Shown here piece by piece: positions 27,444 through 44,407 of a stretch of DNA of 64,000 bases. A program made the position numbers and the translations under genes. A model generated the notes under the pieces. It searched no databases, was not told where the DNA came from, and saw nothing but the letters and a program-made list of their open reading frames with translations. Numbering within the stretch: position 1 is the first letter of the stretch; each line of letters starts with the position of its first letter. Origin of the DNA: the human T2T-CHM13v2.0 reference genome, Homo sapiens; the NCBI RefSeq assembly GCF_009914755.1, contig NC_060936.1; one strand, 5' to 3'.

Positions 27444-30005
27444 ACCTCTTACATATAAATCATTAAAAAATGGAAGACAAGGAGAGGCTTCAAGATGGCT
27501 GACTAGAAGCATTGCATGCCTACCTTCTCCACTTAGAAGAATCAAAATAGTGTATAGATAAGCGTACTTTGAATACATTACTCAAGAGAGAACACTGGAA
27601 TTCAACAAAGAAGTGACAGGAAACACCAAAATCAAGGAAGAGGAAGCAAAAGAGGAAGCCAACTTGTCTGGGATCAGCTGGGAGCTTGGAATGACTTTCC
27701 AACATGGGGAGAGTGTGAGAGACTTCCAGTGGCCCACAGGCCCACCATAGAATCATACAGTCCTAGTCACAGGGGAGCCCATTGACACTCCCAAACCCTG
27801 AAACTAACACAGAGAGCTGCCAGGAGACCATGGGATGGAACAGCTATAGGGAGGGAGCTTGTGCTGGGTCCCACACCCTTTCTGAGACCTAAGCAGCTAC
27901 AGGGCTAGAGCAAGGTGCCATTCTCAAACCTAGCCTTTGGAAGACTTCACACTGTCCTGGGGTCTGGTGGCACTGGATCTGAGTTATTAGGGAAACTCAG
28001 GCTGTCACTGCTGTGACTGGGGTGTGTACTGAGAGTTCTACATCCAGGACTGAGAAGCATGCAAGGAGTGAGCTGCAGCTGCTGGGGCTGGGAAGTGAAT
28101 ACTGCCAGGACTGAGACAGGGATGTGAACAGAGCACAGGTTGCCATTGGGACTGAGTTGCAAGCTGCATGGGGGCTCCTGCAGCCAGGGCTGGGACACAA
28201 GCTAGGTGTAGGCTATGGCCATCAAAGCTGGGGAACAAGCCTATGGGGACTGGGACATGAGAGGGACCTGCAGTCCCTAGCGAACAGGCAAGGCCATAGT
28301 TACTGAGGAATGCCCCACTGAGGCCCTGCCACTGAAGGCTGTTAAAGACCCTCAACTTAGCACTCCACCTGGGGCCTGAGAATTGTTCTGTTCCTGCTGA
28401 CCATGGCTAGTGCTTGCTCAGCACTAGCTGAGCAAGTTCATTAGGGAACTTGAGCACAAGCCTACCCAGCAAGGCTTTATCTCTACCCCCTCTGAGAGAG
28501 ATGGCATAGCACAGAGTCCTGGGGATGGTCCAACCCAATTCACCACATTGAGTACCTGAGTGCTCCAGGGGCTTGAATTTGGGCCTAAATTCCTGGCCAG
28601 AACCTCCTCAGCTGGCATCTACCTGCAAGCACCACCTGTGTGCCTGGAGACTGGCCCACCTAGCTCATCACAGCCACTTCCAACATCAGCACACACTGCT
28701 TGGGACCTAGAGATTTGTCCCACCACTGCTAATGCCATCACCAATCTCTCATACCAGCTTCCCAGGGGTCTGAGAACATGCCCATCTGCCCAGACCACTG
28801 TTGCTACTGCTGGCATCTAAGTAAGCCACAGGAAGGCCCAAGAATTGGTCTGCTGGTAACTGCCAACACCAGTGCTAGCATAAACTGCCCTAGGGCACAA
28901 GGATAGGTACTCTCAGCCCACCCCTGCCACCACTAGGGTCTGAAGACTGGCCCACCTGGCATCCTAGTCCCAGCACAACTTCACCACAAACTCCACTAAA
29001 AACTGCACCCTAACCTACCAAGGAAATCACAGATACCACTAACACTATAGCTAAAGAAATCATACAGAGACCACATTACTCCACACACCCAAAATCAAAG
29101 CCAAAGTGCCCTATCCAGCCAACACTACAGATACATCTATAGGAAAAATTTTCCCCTATAAAATTAATGTAAAAATAGGAAGAAGTGACTATTACACCAG
29201 ATGTGCAGATGTCAATATAAGGACAAAGGAAACATGAAAAATCAAAGAAATGTGGCCTCCAAAGGAACACAGTAATTCTCCAGTAATATATCTTAATTTT
29301 AAAAAAAGGTCAAAATCCCAGATATACTTTGCAACTCTGATGTGCTAAAAAAAATCAAAATCCCAGATAAAGGATTCAAAATATTGATTTTAAAGAAACT
29401 CAGTGAGATACAAGAGAATTCTGAAAAATAATACAAAGAAATCAGAAAAATAATTCAGGATATGAATCAGAAATTTACCAAAGAGATACATTAAAAAAAA
29501 AAAGGTACTAAATAGAAATTCTGGAACTGAAGAATTCATTGTAGAAAATAAAAAATACATGTAAAAGCTTCAACAATAGACTAGATCAAGCAGAAGAAAA
29601 ATTCTCAGAATTCAAAGACAAGTCTTTTGAAACAATTCAGCAGATAAAAACAAATAAAAAAGATTAAAAAGGCATGACCAAAGCCTTTGTGACATTTGGG
29701 ACAACATAAGGTGGCAGAATATTTAAACTATTGGCATTCCCAAGGGTGAAGAAAATGTGAAAGGATTGGAAAACTTACATAACAAAATAATAGAAGGAAA
29801 TTTCCTAAGTCTAGCAAGAGATTTAAACGTTCATATAAAGGAGGCTCAGTGAACCTCAGGCAGATACAATGCAAAAGGTCTTCTCCACAGTACCTTATAG
29901 TCAAGCTGTCTAAAGTCAAAGATAAGGAGTGACTCCTAAAATTAAGAGAAAAGAATCTAGTCACCTATAAGAGAAACCTCATCAAACTATGTGAATTATT
30001 CCAAT

Positions 30006-30354
<349 letters not shown>

Positions 30355-31651
30355 TCAAAGTGATTTTTTAAAAAAACTATCAGCCAAAAATACTATATCC
30401 GACCAACTTATTCTTTAAAAATGAAGGAGAAATAAAATCTTTCCAGAGAAGCAAATGCTGAGGAAATGATTACCACTAGACTTGTCCTACAATAAATGTT
30501 CAAGGGAATGCTGAACCTGGAAGTGAAAGAATGACATTTAATATCATGAAAACACATGAAAGTATAAAACTCACTGGTAAAGCAATTACACAAAGGAAGA
30601 AGAGAAAAGAGTCATGATATCACTCAGAAATCCACCAAAACACAATGACAAACAATAAGAGAAAAAGTAAAGAACAAAGAATATGTAAATCAACCAGAAA
30701 AAATTAACAATATGATAGGAACAAAGCCTCACATATCAATAATCTTGTACATAAACATATTAAATTATCCACTTAAGAGATATAGAATAGCTAAATGGAT
30801 TTTAAAAATATTATTCAACTATACACTGCTTACGGGAAACTCATCTTACCAATAAAGACATGTATAGACTGAAAGTAGATGGATAGAAAAAGATTCTATG
30901 CAAACAGAAACCAAAAGTGAGCAGAAGTAGCTATACTTACATCACATAAAACAAACTTTCAGTCAAAAGCAGCAAAAAATAGAAAAATACAAAGAATGTC
31001 ATTATATAATGACAAAAGGATCAATCCAACAAGAGGATATAACACTTCTAAATATATATGCACCTAACACTTGTGCACCCACATTCATAAAGCAAATATT
31101 ACTAGGTATAAAGAGAGAGAGATTACAAAACAATAATAGTGGAGGACTTTAACACCCATTCTCAGCAGTAGACAAATCACATAGACAGAAAATAAAAAAA
31201 GAAACATTGGATTTAAACTTCACTTTAGACCAAATGGATCTAACAGACATTTACAGAACATTCTATCCAACAGCTGCAGAATATACATTTTTTTCATCAT
31301 CACATGAACATTCTTCAGGAGAGACCATATGTGAGGACAAAAAAGGAGTCTTAACAGGTTTTTTTAAATTGAAGTCATATTAAGTGTCTTCTAATACCAT
31401 AACGGAGTAAAACTAGGAATCAATACCAAGCAGAACTTTGGAAACTATACAAAGACATGGAAATTAAACAATATGCTCCTATATGACCATAGGGTCGATG
31501 AAAAAATTAAAATGGAAACCAAAAATTTCTTAAAAGAAATGAAAATAGAAATACAACATACCAAAACTGTAGGATATGGCAAAAGCAGTGCTAAGAGAGA
31601 AGTTTATAGCAATAACCACCTACATCAAAAAGGTAGAAAGATTACAAATTA

Positions 31652-31935
31652 GGCTAGGCACAGTGGCTCATGCCTGTAATCCCAGCACTTTGGGAGGCTG
31701 AGGCAGTGGATCCCTTGAGGTCAGGAGTTTGAGACTAGTTTGGCCAACATTGCCAAACCCCATCTCTACTAAAACATACAAAAATTAGCCAGGCATGGTG
31801 CCATGCACCTGCAATCCCAGGTACTCCAGAGGCTGAGGCATGAGAATCGCTTGAACCCGGGAGGTGGAGGTTGTAGTACAGTGATCCGAGATTGTGCCAC
31901 TGCACTCCACCCTTGGTGACAGAGTGAGACTCTGT

Positions 31936-31968
<33 letters not shown>
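31652..31968 (+). mobile_element. Alu with (CA)n tail in L1 ORF2
   Basis: TSD gaaagattacaaatta. Confidence 0.93.
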
Positions 31969-33014
31969 GAAAGATTACAAATTAACAATAAAACAATTCA
32001 CCTCAAGGAACTAGAAAAGCAAGAACAAACCAATCCTCAAATTAGCATAAGAAAAGAAATAATAAAGATCAATGTAGGAATGAATGAAATGGAGACTAAA
32101 AAAAACAATACAAATGATCAATGAAATGTAAAGTTGGTTTTTCAAAAAGATAAAAAAATTGATAAATTGCTAGCTGTACTAACCAAGAAAAGAGGAAAGA
32201 AGACCCAAATAAAATCAGAAATGAAAAAGGAGACATTACAAATGATACCACATAAATACAAAAGATCATCAGAGACTTATGAAAAACTATATACTGACAA
32301 ACTGGAAAACACAGAGGAAATGGATAAATTCCTAGAAACATATGACCTGTCAAGATTGAATCAAGAAGAAATAGAAAACCTAAACAGACTAAAAATGAGT
32401 AGTGAGATTGAATCAGTAATTTTAAAAATTTCCCAACAAAGAAAAGCCCTGTACCAGATGGATTTATAGTCGAATTACACCAAGTGTACAAAGAACTAAT
32501 ACCAATCCTTATGAAACTATTACAAAAAATCAAAAGGATGGAATATTTTCTAGTTCATTTGACAAGGCTAGCATCACCTGATACCAAAACCAGACAAGGA
32601 CACAACAAAAAAAACAAGATCCTTGAAGAACATAGACACAAAATTCCTGAAAAAGCATTTAATAAAATTCAACATGTCTTCATGATAAAAACTCTCAAAA
32701 AACTAAGCATAGAAGGAATATACCTCAAATAATAAAGGCCATATATGACAAATCTACAACTAGCATCATACCGAATGGGGGAAAAGTCAAAAGTCTTTTC
32801 TCTAAGAATGTAAACAAGACAAAGATGTCCACTTTCACCACTCTTATTCAGCATAGTACTGGAAGTCTTAGCTAGAGCAATCAATATCTAGAGTCCTAGC
32901 TAGAGCAATCAGGCAAGAAAATGAAATAAAAGGCACTCCAACTGGAAAAGAGAAAGTCCAATTGTCCCTCTTTGCTGATGATATAATCTTATATTTTGAA
33001 AAACCTAAAGACTC

Positions 33015-33624
<610 letters not shown>

Positions 33625-35580
33625 AAAGACTCCACCTGAAAACTCTAAGATTTAATAAATGAGTTCAGATAAGTTGTAGAACAGAAAACAATATACAAAA
33701 ATCAATAGCATTTTTATACATCAGTAATGATCTAGCTGAGAAGGAAATCTCATTTATAATAGCTACAACAACAACAACAACAACAACAAAACCCACCAAA
33801 CCTAGATACAAAGTTAACCAAGGAGGTGAACAATCTCTACAAGAACTACAAAATACTAATGAAAGAAATTGAAGGTGACAAAAAGAAGTGGAAAAACATC
33901 CCATGTTCATGGATCAGAAGAATTAATATCATTAGTATGACCATATTGCCCAAAGCAATCTACAGATTCAATACAATCCCTATCAAAATGCCAATGTCAT
34001 TCTTCACAGAATTAGAAAAAACAATCCTAAAATTTATATGGAACCAAAATAGAGCCCAAATAGCCAAAGCAATCCTGAGCAAAACACAACAAAGCTGGAG
34101 GTATCACGTCACCTCACTTCAAAATATATTACAAGGCTATATAGTAACCCAAACAACATGATATTGGTATAAACATAGACACAAAGACCAATGGAACAGA
34201 AAAGAGAATCCAGAAATAGTCACATATTTGCAGCCAATGGATCTTCAGCAAAGCCTAGGAGAACTTAGGTTAAGGAAAGGATACCATGTTCAATAAATGG
34301 TATTGGGAAAATTGGATAGCTACTTTCAGAAAAAGGAACTGGATCCGTATCTTTCACTGTAAGCAAAAACCAACCAAAAATGGATTAGAGTTAAACATAG
34401 GACCCCAAACTATAAAAATACTAGAAGGAAACCTAGAAAAAACTCTCCTGGGCATTTGTCTAGGCAAAGAATTTGTGACTAAGACTTCAAAAGCATAGGC
34501 AACAACAACAAAAATAGACAAATGGGACTTAATTAAACTGAAAGTCTTCTGCACAACAAAGAACATAATAATCAGAGTGAAAAGATGACCTGTTGAATGA
34601 CAGAAAACATTTGCAAACTATTTGTCCAACAAGTGACCAATATCCAGAATATACAAACAAATCAACAGGAGAAAAACAAATAGTCCCATCAAAAGGGGGC
34701 AAAGAACATGAATAGATATTTCTCAAAAGAAGACATACAAATGGCCAAGAGCTATAGGGAAAAATGCTTGACATCACTAATCATCAGATAAATACAAACC
34801 AAAACCACAATGAGATAGTATCTTAATCTAGACTGCAGAATGGCTATTATTAAAAAGTCAAGAAATAATGAATGTTGGTGAGGATGCAGAGAAAAGGAAA
34901 CTCTTATACACTGTTTGTGGGAATGTAAAATAGTACAGCCGCTATGGAAAACAGCATGGAGATTTCTCCAAAACTAAAAATAGAATCAACATTCAATCAA
35001 GCAATCTCACTACTGGGTATTTACTCAAAGGCAAATAAATCAATCTATCAAAGGGATACCTGCACTCATGTGTTTATTGCAGCAGTATTCACAATAGCAA
35101 AGATATAGAATCAACCTAAGTGTTCATTAGTGGATGAATGGATAAAGAAAATGTGGTATACAATGGAATACTCTTCAGCCATAAAATAGAATGAAATGTC
35201 ATTTGCAGCAACATAGATGGAACTGGAGGTCATTTTCGTAAGTGAAATAAGCCAGGTTCAAAAAGACAAATATTGCATGTTATCACTTTATGCAGGAGAT
35301 AGGGAATGGAAAGATAGGTAACTGAGACTGGGAAGCATAATTCGGAGAAGTGGGGAGGTTGAAGAGTGGTGGGCTAAAGAGCACAAACATACAGTTAGAG
35401 AAATAAAATTCAGGTCTTATAGCAGAGGAGGGTGACTATAGTTAATAGAAATGTGTCGTATCTGAATAATGTACACCCTAAATACCCTGACTTGATCATG
35501 ACACATTACATGCATTAACTAAATTTCACATGTACCCCATATATTTGGACAAATAAAAGTAATTTTAAAAAATAATTTTA

Positions 35581-36228
<648 letters not shown>

Positions 36229-36769
36229 TTAAAAAGTAGAACCAACCTAAATCGCCACCAGCTGATGAACGGATAAATAAAAGGTGGTACATCCATACTA
36301 ATACATGCTACAACACGGATGAACTTTGGAAAATTATTCTAAATGAAAGGAGCCAGTCCCAAATGACCAAAGTGTATATATAACTCGATGTATATGAAAT
36401 AGGCTAATCTATAACAACATGTTTAGTGGTTGCCTAGAAATAGGGAGTAGTGGGAGGCCAAAGAGTATGGGGTTTCTTTTCAGGTTGATGAAAATGTCTA
36501 AAATTGATTGTAGTGATGATTTCACATCTCTGTGAATATATTAAAAACCAATGAATCATTTTTTAAAAGGAAGATGAGGAATATTATTAAGTGAAACTAT
36601 AAGCCCAATCTTAAATCCTTCCTCAGCCCCCAAATAAAAGATTAGTGCCATTTTTAAAATGAGTTCAGAGAATTATCTTGTTTGGTAAATTTGTGTCTAA
36701 ATTTCTGGTTATTCTTTTTTGATATTTTTCCTAGAAATGGAATTACTGCTTCAAAAGGTATGAACTCTG

Positions 36770-37240
36770 GATTCAGACTCCAGGTCATTCTCCCATCTCA
36801 GATCTCTTACCAGCTTTGTGACCTGGGTAATGAAGCCCTTGGTTTTCTCATTTGTAATGTGGGCATCATATTATAGAGTTGTTGAATAATACATAAAAAA
36901 ATTTTAGCCCAGGCCTGTAACTCAATAAATGGTAGAAACCAAGAGCACCATCCACTCCGTACTTCATCATGCATTCCATTTAAATGTCATCTCTTGACAG
37001 GAGACTTCTTTGCCTATCCCCTTCAACCCAGATATTCTCTACCAGAGTTCCCTGTTTGTTTCTTTTATAGGACTTTTACAATTTGTAATTATTTATTTAT
37101 CTTATCTTTCTTGCCCATAAAACTAGAAACTCCAGGAAGCTAAAGTAATGTATACCTTATTCACCATTGTATATCCAGAACCCAGCCTAGTGCCTGGCAC
37201 ATAATAGATGTTTAGTAAATATTTGATAATGAATGGATCT
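36770..37240. mobile_element. MIR followed by L2 3' end
   Basis: ctttgtgacctgggta..ttctcatttgtaa; cctagtgcctggcacataatagatg..aaatatttg. Confidence 0.55.
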
Positions 37241-39059
37241 AAGCCCTACACAGGACTACAATCACTCAACATCACAGAAGAGAGCCTCTCATATAAATTA
37301 TGTGGAAATCCCTTTTTTTCCTCCAGCTTTTGCCACTGTCAGGGAATTGAGAAGATAATTTCTGGATGCATAAATACTGTTAATGTTCTTTATGTCATGT
37401 GCCAAAAGTATATTATAAGGATATTTGTAAGTAGTGCGTAGTGAATATTAAAATGTGCAAATGTCCACTTTGTATTACCTTCCTAAATATAAATACAACT
37501 AAATTTGTATAACTAATGAGCATTCTTAAATGCGAGAGATTTATAAATGTGATCACTCCTTCATTACTCACTATGCTTTTGACAGATTACTAGATACACA
37601 AATTATAGGTGTCCAGCACCTTCATTTTTCATCCAGCATTTAGATCTCCTTCTCTGCATTTAATTTAACACAACTCACACCTTCAGCTAACTCAAAGAAA
37701 ATGCATCAAAATAGAAAATCCATATGTGTTCATTTGAAATGCACACTATAGTAAATAATCTGGGTGTGGTGCTGACAGAGCTTAGTTTTGCAAAACATAT
37801 ATTTAGTCAAATGATATCTACAGAATTACTTTATGAGTCCACAAATCTGATAGCATTTGCCCTCACTATCCTTATTCAATCTTCTGGGAATTCCAGCTCG
37901 CTTTATAAGAATAAAACTAAATGGACATTTTGTCCTCATCATTTCTATCCTAATGAGAAATGTTCTTGTTATTTTTGCATCCTAATTATTTTAAGTGGTC
38001 AAACCCAGAGGCTCAAAAAAAAGGAAAAGAAAAGTAGACTCTGAAGGTAAAGTGGCTTAAATACATGTTTTTGAGTTCTGGATTGAGAAGAAGCACTGGA
38101 GTAATGATGGGAATATTCAGAATGAACTCTTTCAAGGTTAAGTACATTTGAGAGAAAAATCATACGGATTCAAACACGTACGAAGCTATATGCCTCAATT
38201 TATCTTTTTACTTTCTAGACTACTGGTAAACTAAATGAAGAGACTGTGTTTTATACTGTTGTTTCATTTGGTTACTCTTTGTGTTCAACACATTTCCATT
38301 TTAAAAGTTAAAGCAGAGAACCAAATAGAAAAAAAGAACACACATTGAATTCAGGCATAACTTCTACCTTATCAAGTACATATAAATTATAACACAAAGA
38401 TGCTACAGAATAAGCTTTAGGTGAGGGTTTTTAGACTTAGAGGTATGCATTGATTAAATCTCAAGTCATTCTGTTGATAAAATATCAGAAAGACACAAAG
38501 CCTGTAAAGGAAATATTAGTCACTATTTGGCTTTGACCTAAAATAACTGAACCTAGAAAAAAATCAGCTAGCAGATATACAAGCAATACCCTCTAAAGTT
38601 CATTCAAAGTCATTTTGCTTCATCAGATTCATCTACATTATGAAACAACAAGGCCTTGGTGTTTTCAGGAATCTGTAGATTGAAAGAAAAAGGGACCCAG
38701 ATTCTAGGCTGTAGAATCACAATTACGATGCTCTGTTATTGACAAGAATTGTAACCTTATATCTCCAGGCCTCAGTTTTTTAATATGTAAATTGAAGGAA
38801 TTAAATTAGATTGTACTAAGTATCCTGTGAGCTCTAATGTCCTAGACGTCAATGTTCCTAATGAACATCATAATGTTAAGAGCATCCCACCCACCTGAAT
38901 ACTTAATACTTAAAGCCTTTGGTGAATATTCTCCTTCTCATCAAACACTATACTTTTAAAATGGGTTTCTATTGGCTGGGAATTGAGAGCACAAAACACA
39001 GACTTTTGTCTTCTTCATAATTTTGTCTAGGCATGGCCACTGCCTTTTCTTTGTCCTTA

Positions 39060-39280
39060 TATGTTGCAGTAGCATAGTGGCTTTGGAATCAGGTAGACCT
39101 GAGCTGAAGTGTCAGCTTTACCAGTAACTAGTTTATGACCATCTTAAGCAAGTCACTTAATATTTTTGAAATGTAGTTTCTTCATCAGTAATGTAAGCAT
39201 GTGAATAATATCTATTTCATAAGGTTTTGTAAGGATTAAACAAGATGGCACATAAAAAGCCTTTGGATTTGAAGATCAAC

Positions 39281-39320
<40 letters not shown>

Positions 39321-39400
39321 CACACACACATATATATAAATAAAGACTTTGGTGTACTGCCTGCCACATGGTAAGTGTTCAATTATTATTGACTGTCTCT
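39060..39400. mobile_element. MIR interrupted by (TG)n(CA)n
   Basis: gcaagtcacttaa..gtaaggattaaa; STR 39285-39335. Confidence 0.6.
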
Positions 39401-41943
39401 TCCTATCTTAATGTGTGCTATGGATTTGTGTGGTTGGGAGGGCTTTGGGCTTGCACTTGAAGGTGAGCAGAGATTGGTGCAATAGAGTAGGTTAAAGAGA
39501 ATGGGTTTGGAAGGGCAAATGTAAAATGCCATATTTAAGTTTCAAAAAGAAAATTTGTACAACAGTGATTTTAAAGTCTATTTATAAAGCTAAATTAAGC
39601 AACACTAAGGGAACTCTTATCTTGTTTTTATTTAGCAAATTGGTGACAAAATGCATGTCTGCAATTAAGAATTTCCAAACTAAGCTCAGTAAATCCCAAA
39701 TTTGGATTCTTTCATTAAAAACTACCTTCTGCAAATTAAAGAAAATATCCAAAAATGTTACTTAATAGATCTGAGTGGTAAGAGTGTAGGTAACATTTAC
39801 TTGCTCCTTTATATATACTACATATATTTTCCAAGTTTTTGTTTTCTAAAGTAATAGTATTACTTTATAATAAAAAATTAGTCATTATGGGGAAAAAAGA
39901 TGTGAATCTTTCATGGATATGTTTTTAGAACTTAGATTCTCCAGTAGCTATTTAGTATTTGCACTTTTTTTTCTGTTAATAATGTATTTATTTAGCCCTC
40001 CTCTGTGTCTGCAGCATCAAAGTTGCTGCCTCAAAGACTGTGAAATTCTAAGATGATTTCAATACATCAAACACTCCCACTGGGATACAGTAGAAAGATC
40101 CAAGTTCAGGGTGAGGAGGGGAAAGCAGTCAAAGAAACCAAGATTTAAAAAAATTTTATATACATTTATTATGCAGATATATACATGTATACAAACATAC
40201 GCAAATACATACATAAACTTACATACACATACAAATACACACTGCTCCCACATCATCACTTTCTGTTGCTTTTTATACTGGATAAGGTTTGATTATTGCT
40301 AATGATACCCAGCTGTGCCAATTCCTTGAGCTCTATATCCATGCTTTTCTTTCTAAGATCTAATTTTTCTTGCCATTTAAATAGTTTTCCAAAATGAGGG
40401 CATTCTGACAGACCCTGATCTAGCATATGGTTGGCAAATACCCAATGAGTACAGGATGCTTAGCCAGATAATTCAGATACCACAGATGTGGCCTCTGCCT
40501 AAATGACCTTAAATGGGCCCCAGGGCCTAGAGGCTGAAGGCATGCTAAGAGACCAAATTAGAAGTCACAGTTAATGGGAAAGTGCATTAACCCCCAACTT
40601 ATTCATCTAGGAATAGGCATATGTTCAGAATTATTAGTGGCTTTTAGGGAGGGCTAGCTTTATATATTCATTTCCTTTCAGAGTTAGAGAAGAAATTAGA
40701 AACCATGTAGTCCTACCACATCATTTTCACATATGAAAAAATAGAGCCAGAGATGCTAAGTATTTCACAGAGAGCCATCATGCCTCCTAATACCTTGAAT
40801 CTAATGTGAGTCTTTGGTTGTAAGCAATAGAATCTTCCCTGGCTAACCTAAGCAAAAGTAATCATGTTGGAAGACTATGGGGTGCTCACAGAAGTAAAGC
40901 AAAGCCTAGAGTACCAAGATCAGAAAAAACAAAAACCAGTTAGCTTTGTTAGTCTCAGGAATAGGAACTGAAAGAGCCATCATTGAATAAGAGGTGCCAA
41001 CTGTTGTTTTACCCTTATCTCTGCATCATTACATTAAAGAGTTATGTTAAAGTTGCATCATTACATTAAAGAACCAGGAAGAAACAGTCAGATTGACCTA
41101 CCTTGAGTCATTCGTCCACACCCTGGCCAGTAGAGGCAGGTACTTTATTCACGGTCTCACCAAGTTTTCACTTAATAGGGGAAGTAATTCCACAAAAGGA
41201 AATTGGAATACTATTATACTATTACTCAAAAAGCAAAAATGGATTTTTAAAATGCTGTGTCTACTATAATTATCCAGTGTTCATTTTACCACATCAAACA
41301 GTCTTGTTTAGGTAGAGAAAGTCATGTGTTCATAAACACCTTCCTCATATTGCTTACAGATTTATAAATTTCTAAAATTGACAATTTACATATTCTAACT
41401 TTGTCCTGTGTCACTTGTTGACAAGCAAATACTCCTGAAGTAGGTAATACATTTATAAATTAGGCGTTTGAGAACTCTGTGTGCAACATGATGGGAAAGG
41501 ACAGTGAAAGGAGAAGTCAAGGATACCAATGCCAAACATTGTCTTCATGCTTTTCTTTAGTCTTGACCCTGGTGTAAGGCTCATAAAAGTTTGCATTTTT
41601 GTTCTACTCCCTTTCAGCTAAATCCTTCTCTTTTGCAGGAATTAATTAAGTACCTGGAGATTAGTTATTTTCAACAAGGGTCCTTAGTCAGGTGAGCTGA
41701 TATTTCTTCATGAGATTGTGAAAAGAACACAGAAAATACATAGAAAAGGACATAGAAAAATTCAGAGAAAAAGAAAATCCCTACCAATGCCCTTCTTTTC
41801 CCTCAGATATCCCCCTTGGAATAGGAGAAATAAAAATTGATTAATATTTTCCAATTTACCAGGAATAAGGCTTGCTTTCCAAAATTTCTGCACAGGGCCA
41901 AAAATGCATAGCAATACTAATGTTCAGGACAGAAATTGTGCAG

Positions 41944-44407
41944 GTGGGGTAGAGCAAGACAGCAAAATAGAAGCCTATATACTATTTGTTCCCTCTGCAG
42001 GAACATCAAATTTTAACAACTATCTGCATACAGAAAAGAAGAGTCACAAGAACCAAAAACCAGGTGAGCAATCACAGTACCTGGTTGTAACTTCATCTTG
42101 CTGAAAGAGGCATTGAGGAGGGGAAGAGAGACAGTCTTGAATCACGATGCCACCTCTTCCCCAGTATACAGCAGCAGCCATGTAGCACAGGGACAGAATC
42201 TGTGCATTTGGAGGAGAGAGAGTGCAGTGACTAGAGGGCTTTACACTGAACTCAGCGCTGTTCTGTCAGCAGAAAATAAAGCCATGTTGGGCTTAGCCAG
42301 CACCCCATCCACAGAGGGAGCATTTGGACCAGGGCTAGCCTGAGGGGAATTACCCATCCCGCAGTCAGAGCTTGAGATTCTCGGCAAGCCTTGCCACCGT
42401 GGGCCAAAGTGTTCTGAATTCCTAGGTAAACCTGAAAGGCAGTCTAGGACACAAGGACTGCAATTTCTAGGCAAGTCCTCATGCTGGGCTGGGCTCAGAG
42501 TCAGTGGACTAGGGTGACATGTGACCTAGGGAAACACCAGCTGGGGGGCTGAAGAAGTATTTATGCCAGTCCCTGCACTCCAATTCCAGCCAGCAGCAAC
42601 AAAAGTGCTGGCAGCAACAAAAGTGACTCCTTCTTTCTGCTTAAGGAGGGGAGAGTTAAGAGTAAAGAGGACTTTATCTTGCAACTTGGATATCAACTCA
42701 GCCACAGGAGCATAGAGCACTGGTCAGAGTCATAACACTCCCCATTCTAGGCCCTGGCTCATGGAAGATATTTCTAGACATATCCTGGGCCAAAAGGAAA
42801 CCCACCGACTTGAATGGAAGGACACAGTCCTGGCAGGATTTGTCATGTGCTGACTTAAGAGCCCCTGGGCCCTGAATAACCAGCAGCAATAACCAGATAG
42901 TACACCATGGGCCTTGGGCTCTGAAACATACTGACTTCAGGTGTCTCCAAGCACATTCCCAGCTGTGGTGGCTATGGTGAAAGATTCCTTCTGCTTGAGA
43001 AAAGCACAGGGAAAAGTAAAGGGGTCTTTTTCTTGCACTTCAGGTACCAGCTCAGCCACTGGGGTAGAACAATAAGTAAGCTCTTGGGGTCCCCAAGTCC
43101 AGATCTATGCTCTTGAACAGAATTTCTGGACCTGCCCTGGGCCAGAGGGGAGCCCATTCTCCTGAAAGGAGAGTCCCTGGCTTGGCAGCATTCACTACAG
43201 CCTGACTGATGAGCCCTGGGGTTTAAGTGAACATCAGTAGTGGCTTGGAAGAACCCACTGTGTGCTGGTGATGGTGGTGGCCACAGGGAGAGGCTCCTGT
43301 ACTTGTGGAAAGGGGAGAACGTGAAAGACTTTGTATTGCGGTTTGAGTGCTAGCTTAACCACAGTAGAGTAGAACATCAAGGAAATTTCTAAAGTTTTTG
43401 ACTGCAGTCCCTGGCTCCCAAACAGCATCTCTGGACCGGCCCAAAGCCTAGGGAAACTTATACCCCAAAGGGACGAATATAAAACTGGCTGGTTTCACCA
43501 CCTGCTGATTATAGAGCCCTAGGGCCTTGAGTAAACATAGGGGGTATCATATCACCCCAGTTAAATTGCCTTTTATCCAAAAGACAGACAATAACAAATA
43601 CTGGAGATGTAGAGAGAAGGGAACCCTGTACACAGTTGGTGGAAATGTAAATTAGTACAACCCATACAGAGAACGGTTTGGAGGTTCCTCATAAAACTAA
43701 AAATAGAGCTACCATATGATCCAGCCATCCCACTGCTGGGTATACACCCCAAAGAAAGGAAATCAGCATATCAAAGAGATATCTGCACTCCCATATGTGT
43801 TGCAGCCCTGTTCACAATAGCCAAGATTTTGAAGCAACCTAAGTAACCATCATCAGATGAATGCATAAAGAAAATGTGGTACATATACACAATAGAATAC
43901 TATTCAGTCATAAAAAAGAATGAGATCTAGTCTTTTGCAACAACATGGATGGAATTGGAGGTGATTACGTTAAGTGAAATAAGCCAGGCACAGAAAGACA
44001 AACATACGTCCTCACTTATTTGTAGGATCTAAAAGTCAAACCAATTGAACTCATGGAGATACAGAGTAGAAGGATGGTTACTAGAAGCTGGGAAGGTTAG
44101 TGGGTGTGGGAGGGGGAGTGGGGATGGTTAATGGGTACAAAAAAATAGAATGAATGTCTTAGTATTGGATAGCACAACAGAGTGACTGTAGTCAATAATA
44201 ATTTAATTGTTCATTTTTAAATAACTAAATTAGTATATTTGGATTGTTTGTAACATAAAGGATAAATGCCAGAGGGGATAGATACCCCTTTTTCATGATG
44301 TGATTATTATTCATTGCGTGCCTGTATCAAAATATCTCATGTACCCCATAAATATATATACCTAATATGTACCTACAAAAATTAAAAATCAGAAACTCTT
44401 TTAAAAA
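41944..44407 (+). mobile_element. L1MA-type element: 5'UTR joined directly to ORF2 end/3'UTR
   Basis: 5'UTR-like 41944-43543, then tatcatatcaccccagtt..3'UTR; TSD agaaattgtgcag (41931-41943)/aggaattgtgtag (44408-44420). Confidence 0.8.

Noticed and set aside
41023-41072. 19-bp direct repeat tgcatcattacattaaaga with a short spacer
   Set aside because: Ordinary micro-duplication in an old LTR remnant
36900-41900. Repeat-poor stretch as possible coding exons (ORFs 37208, 37724, 39526)
   Set aside because: No recognisable protein similarity or consistent exon phasing; AT-rich with MIR/L2 remnants
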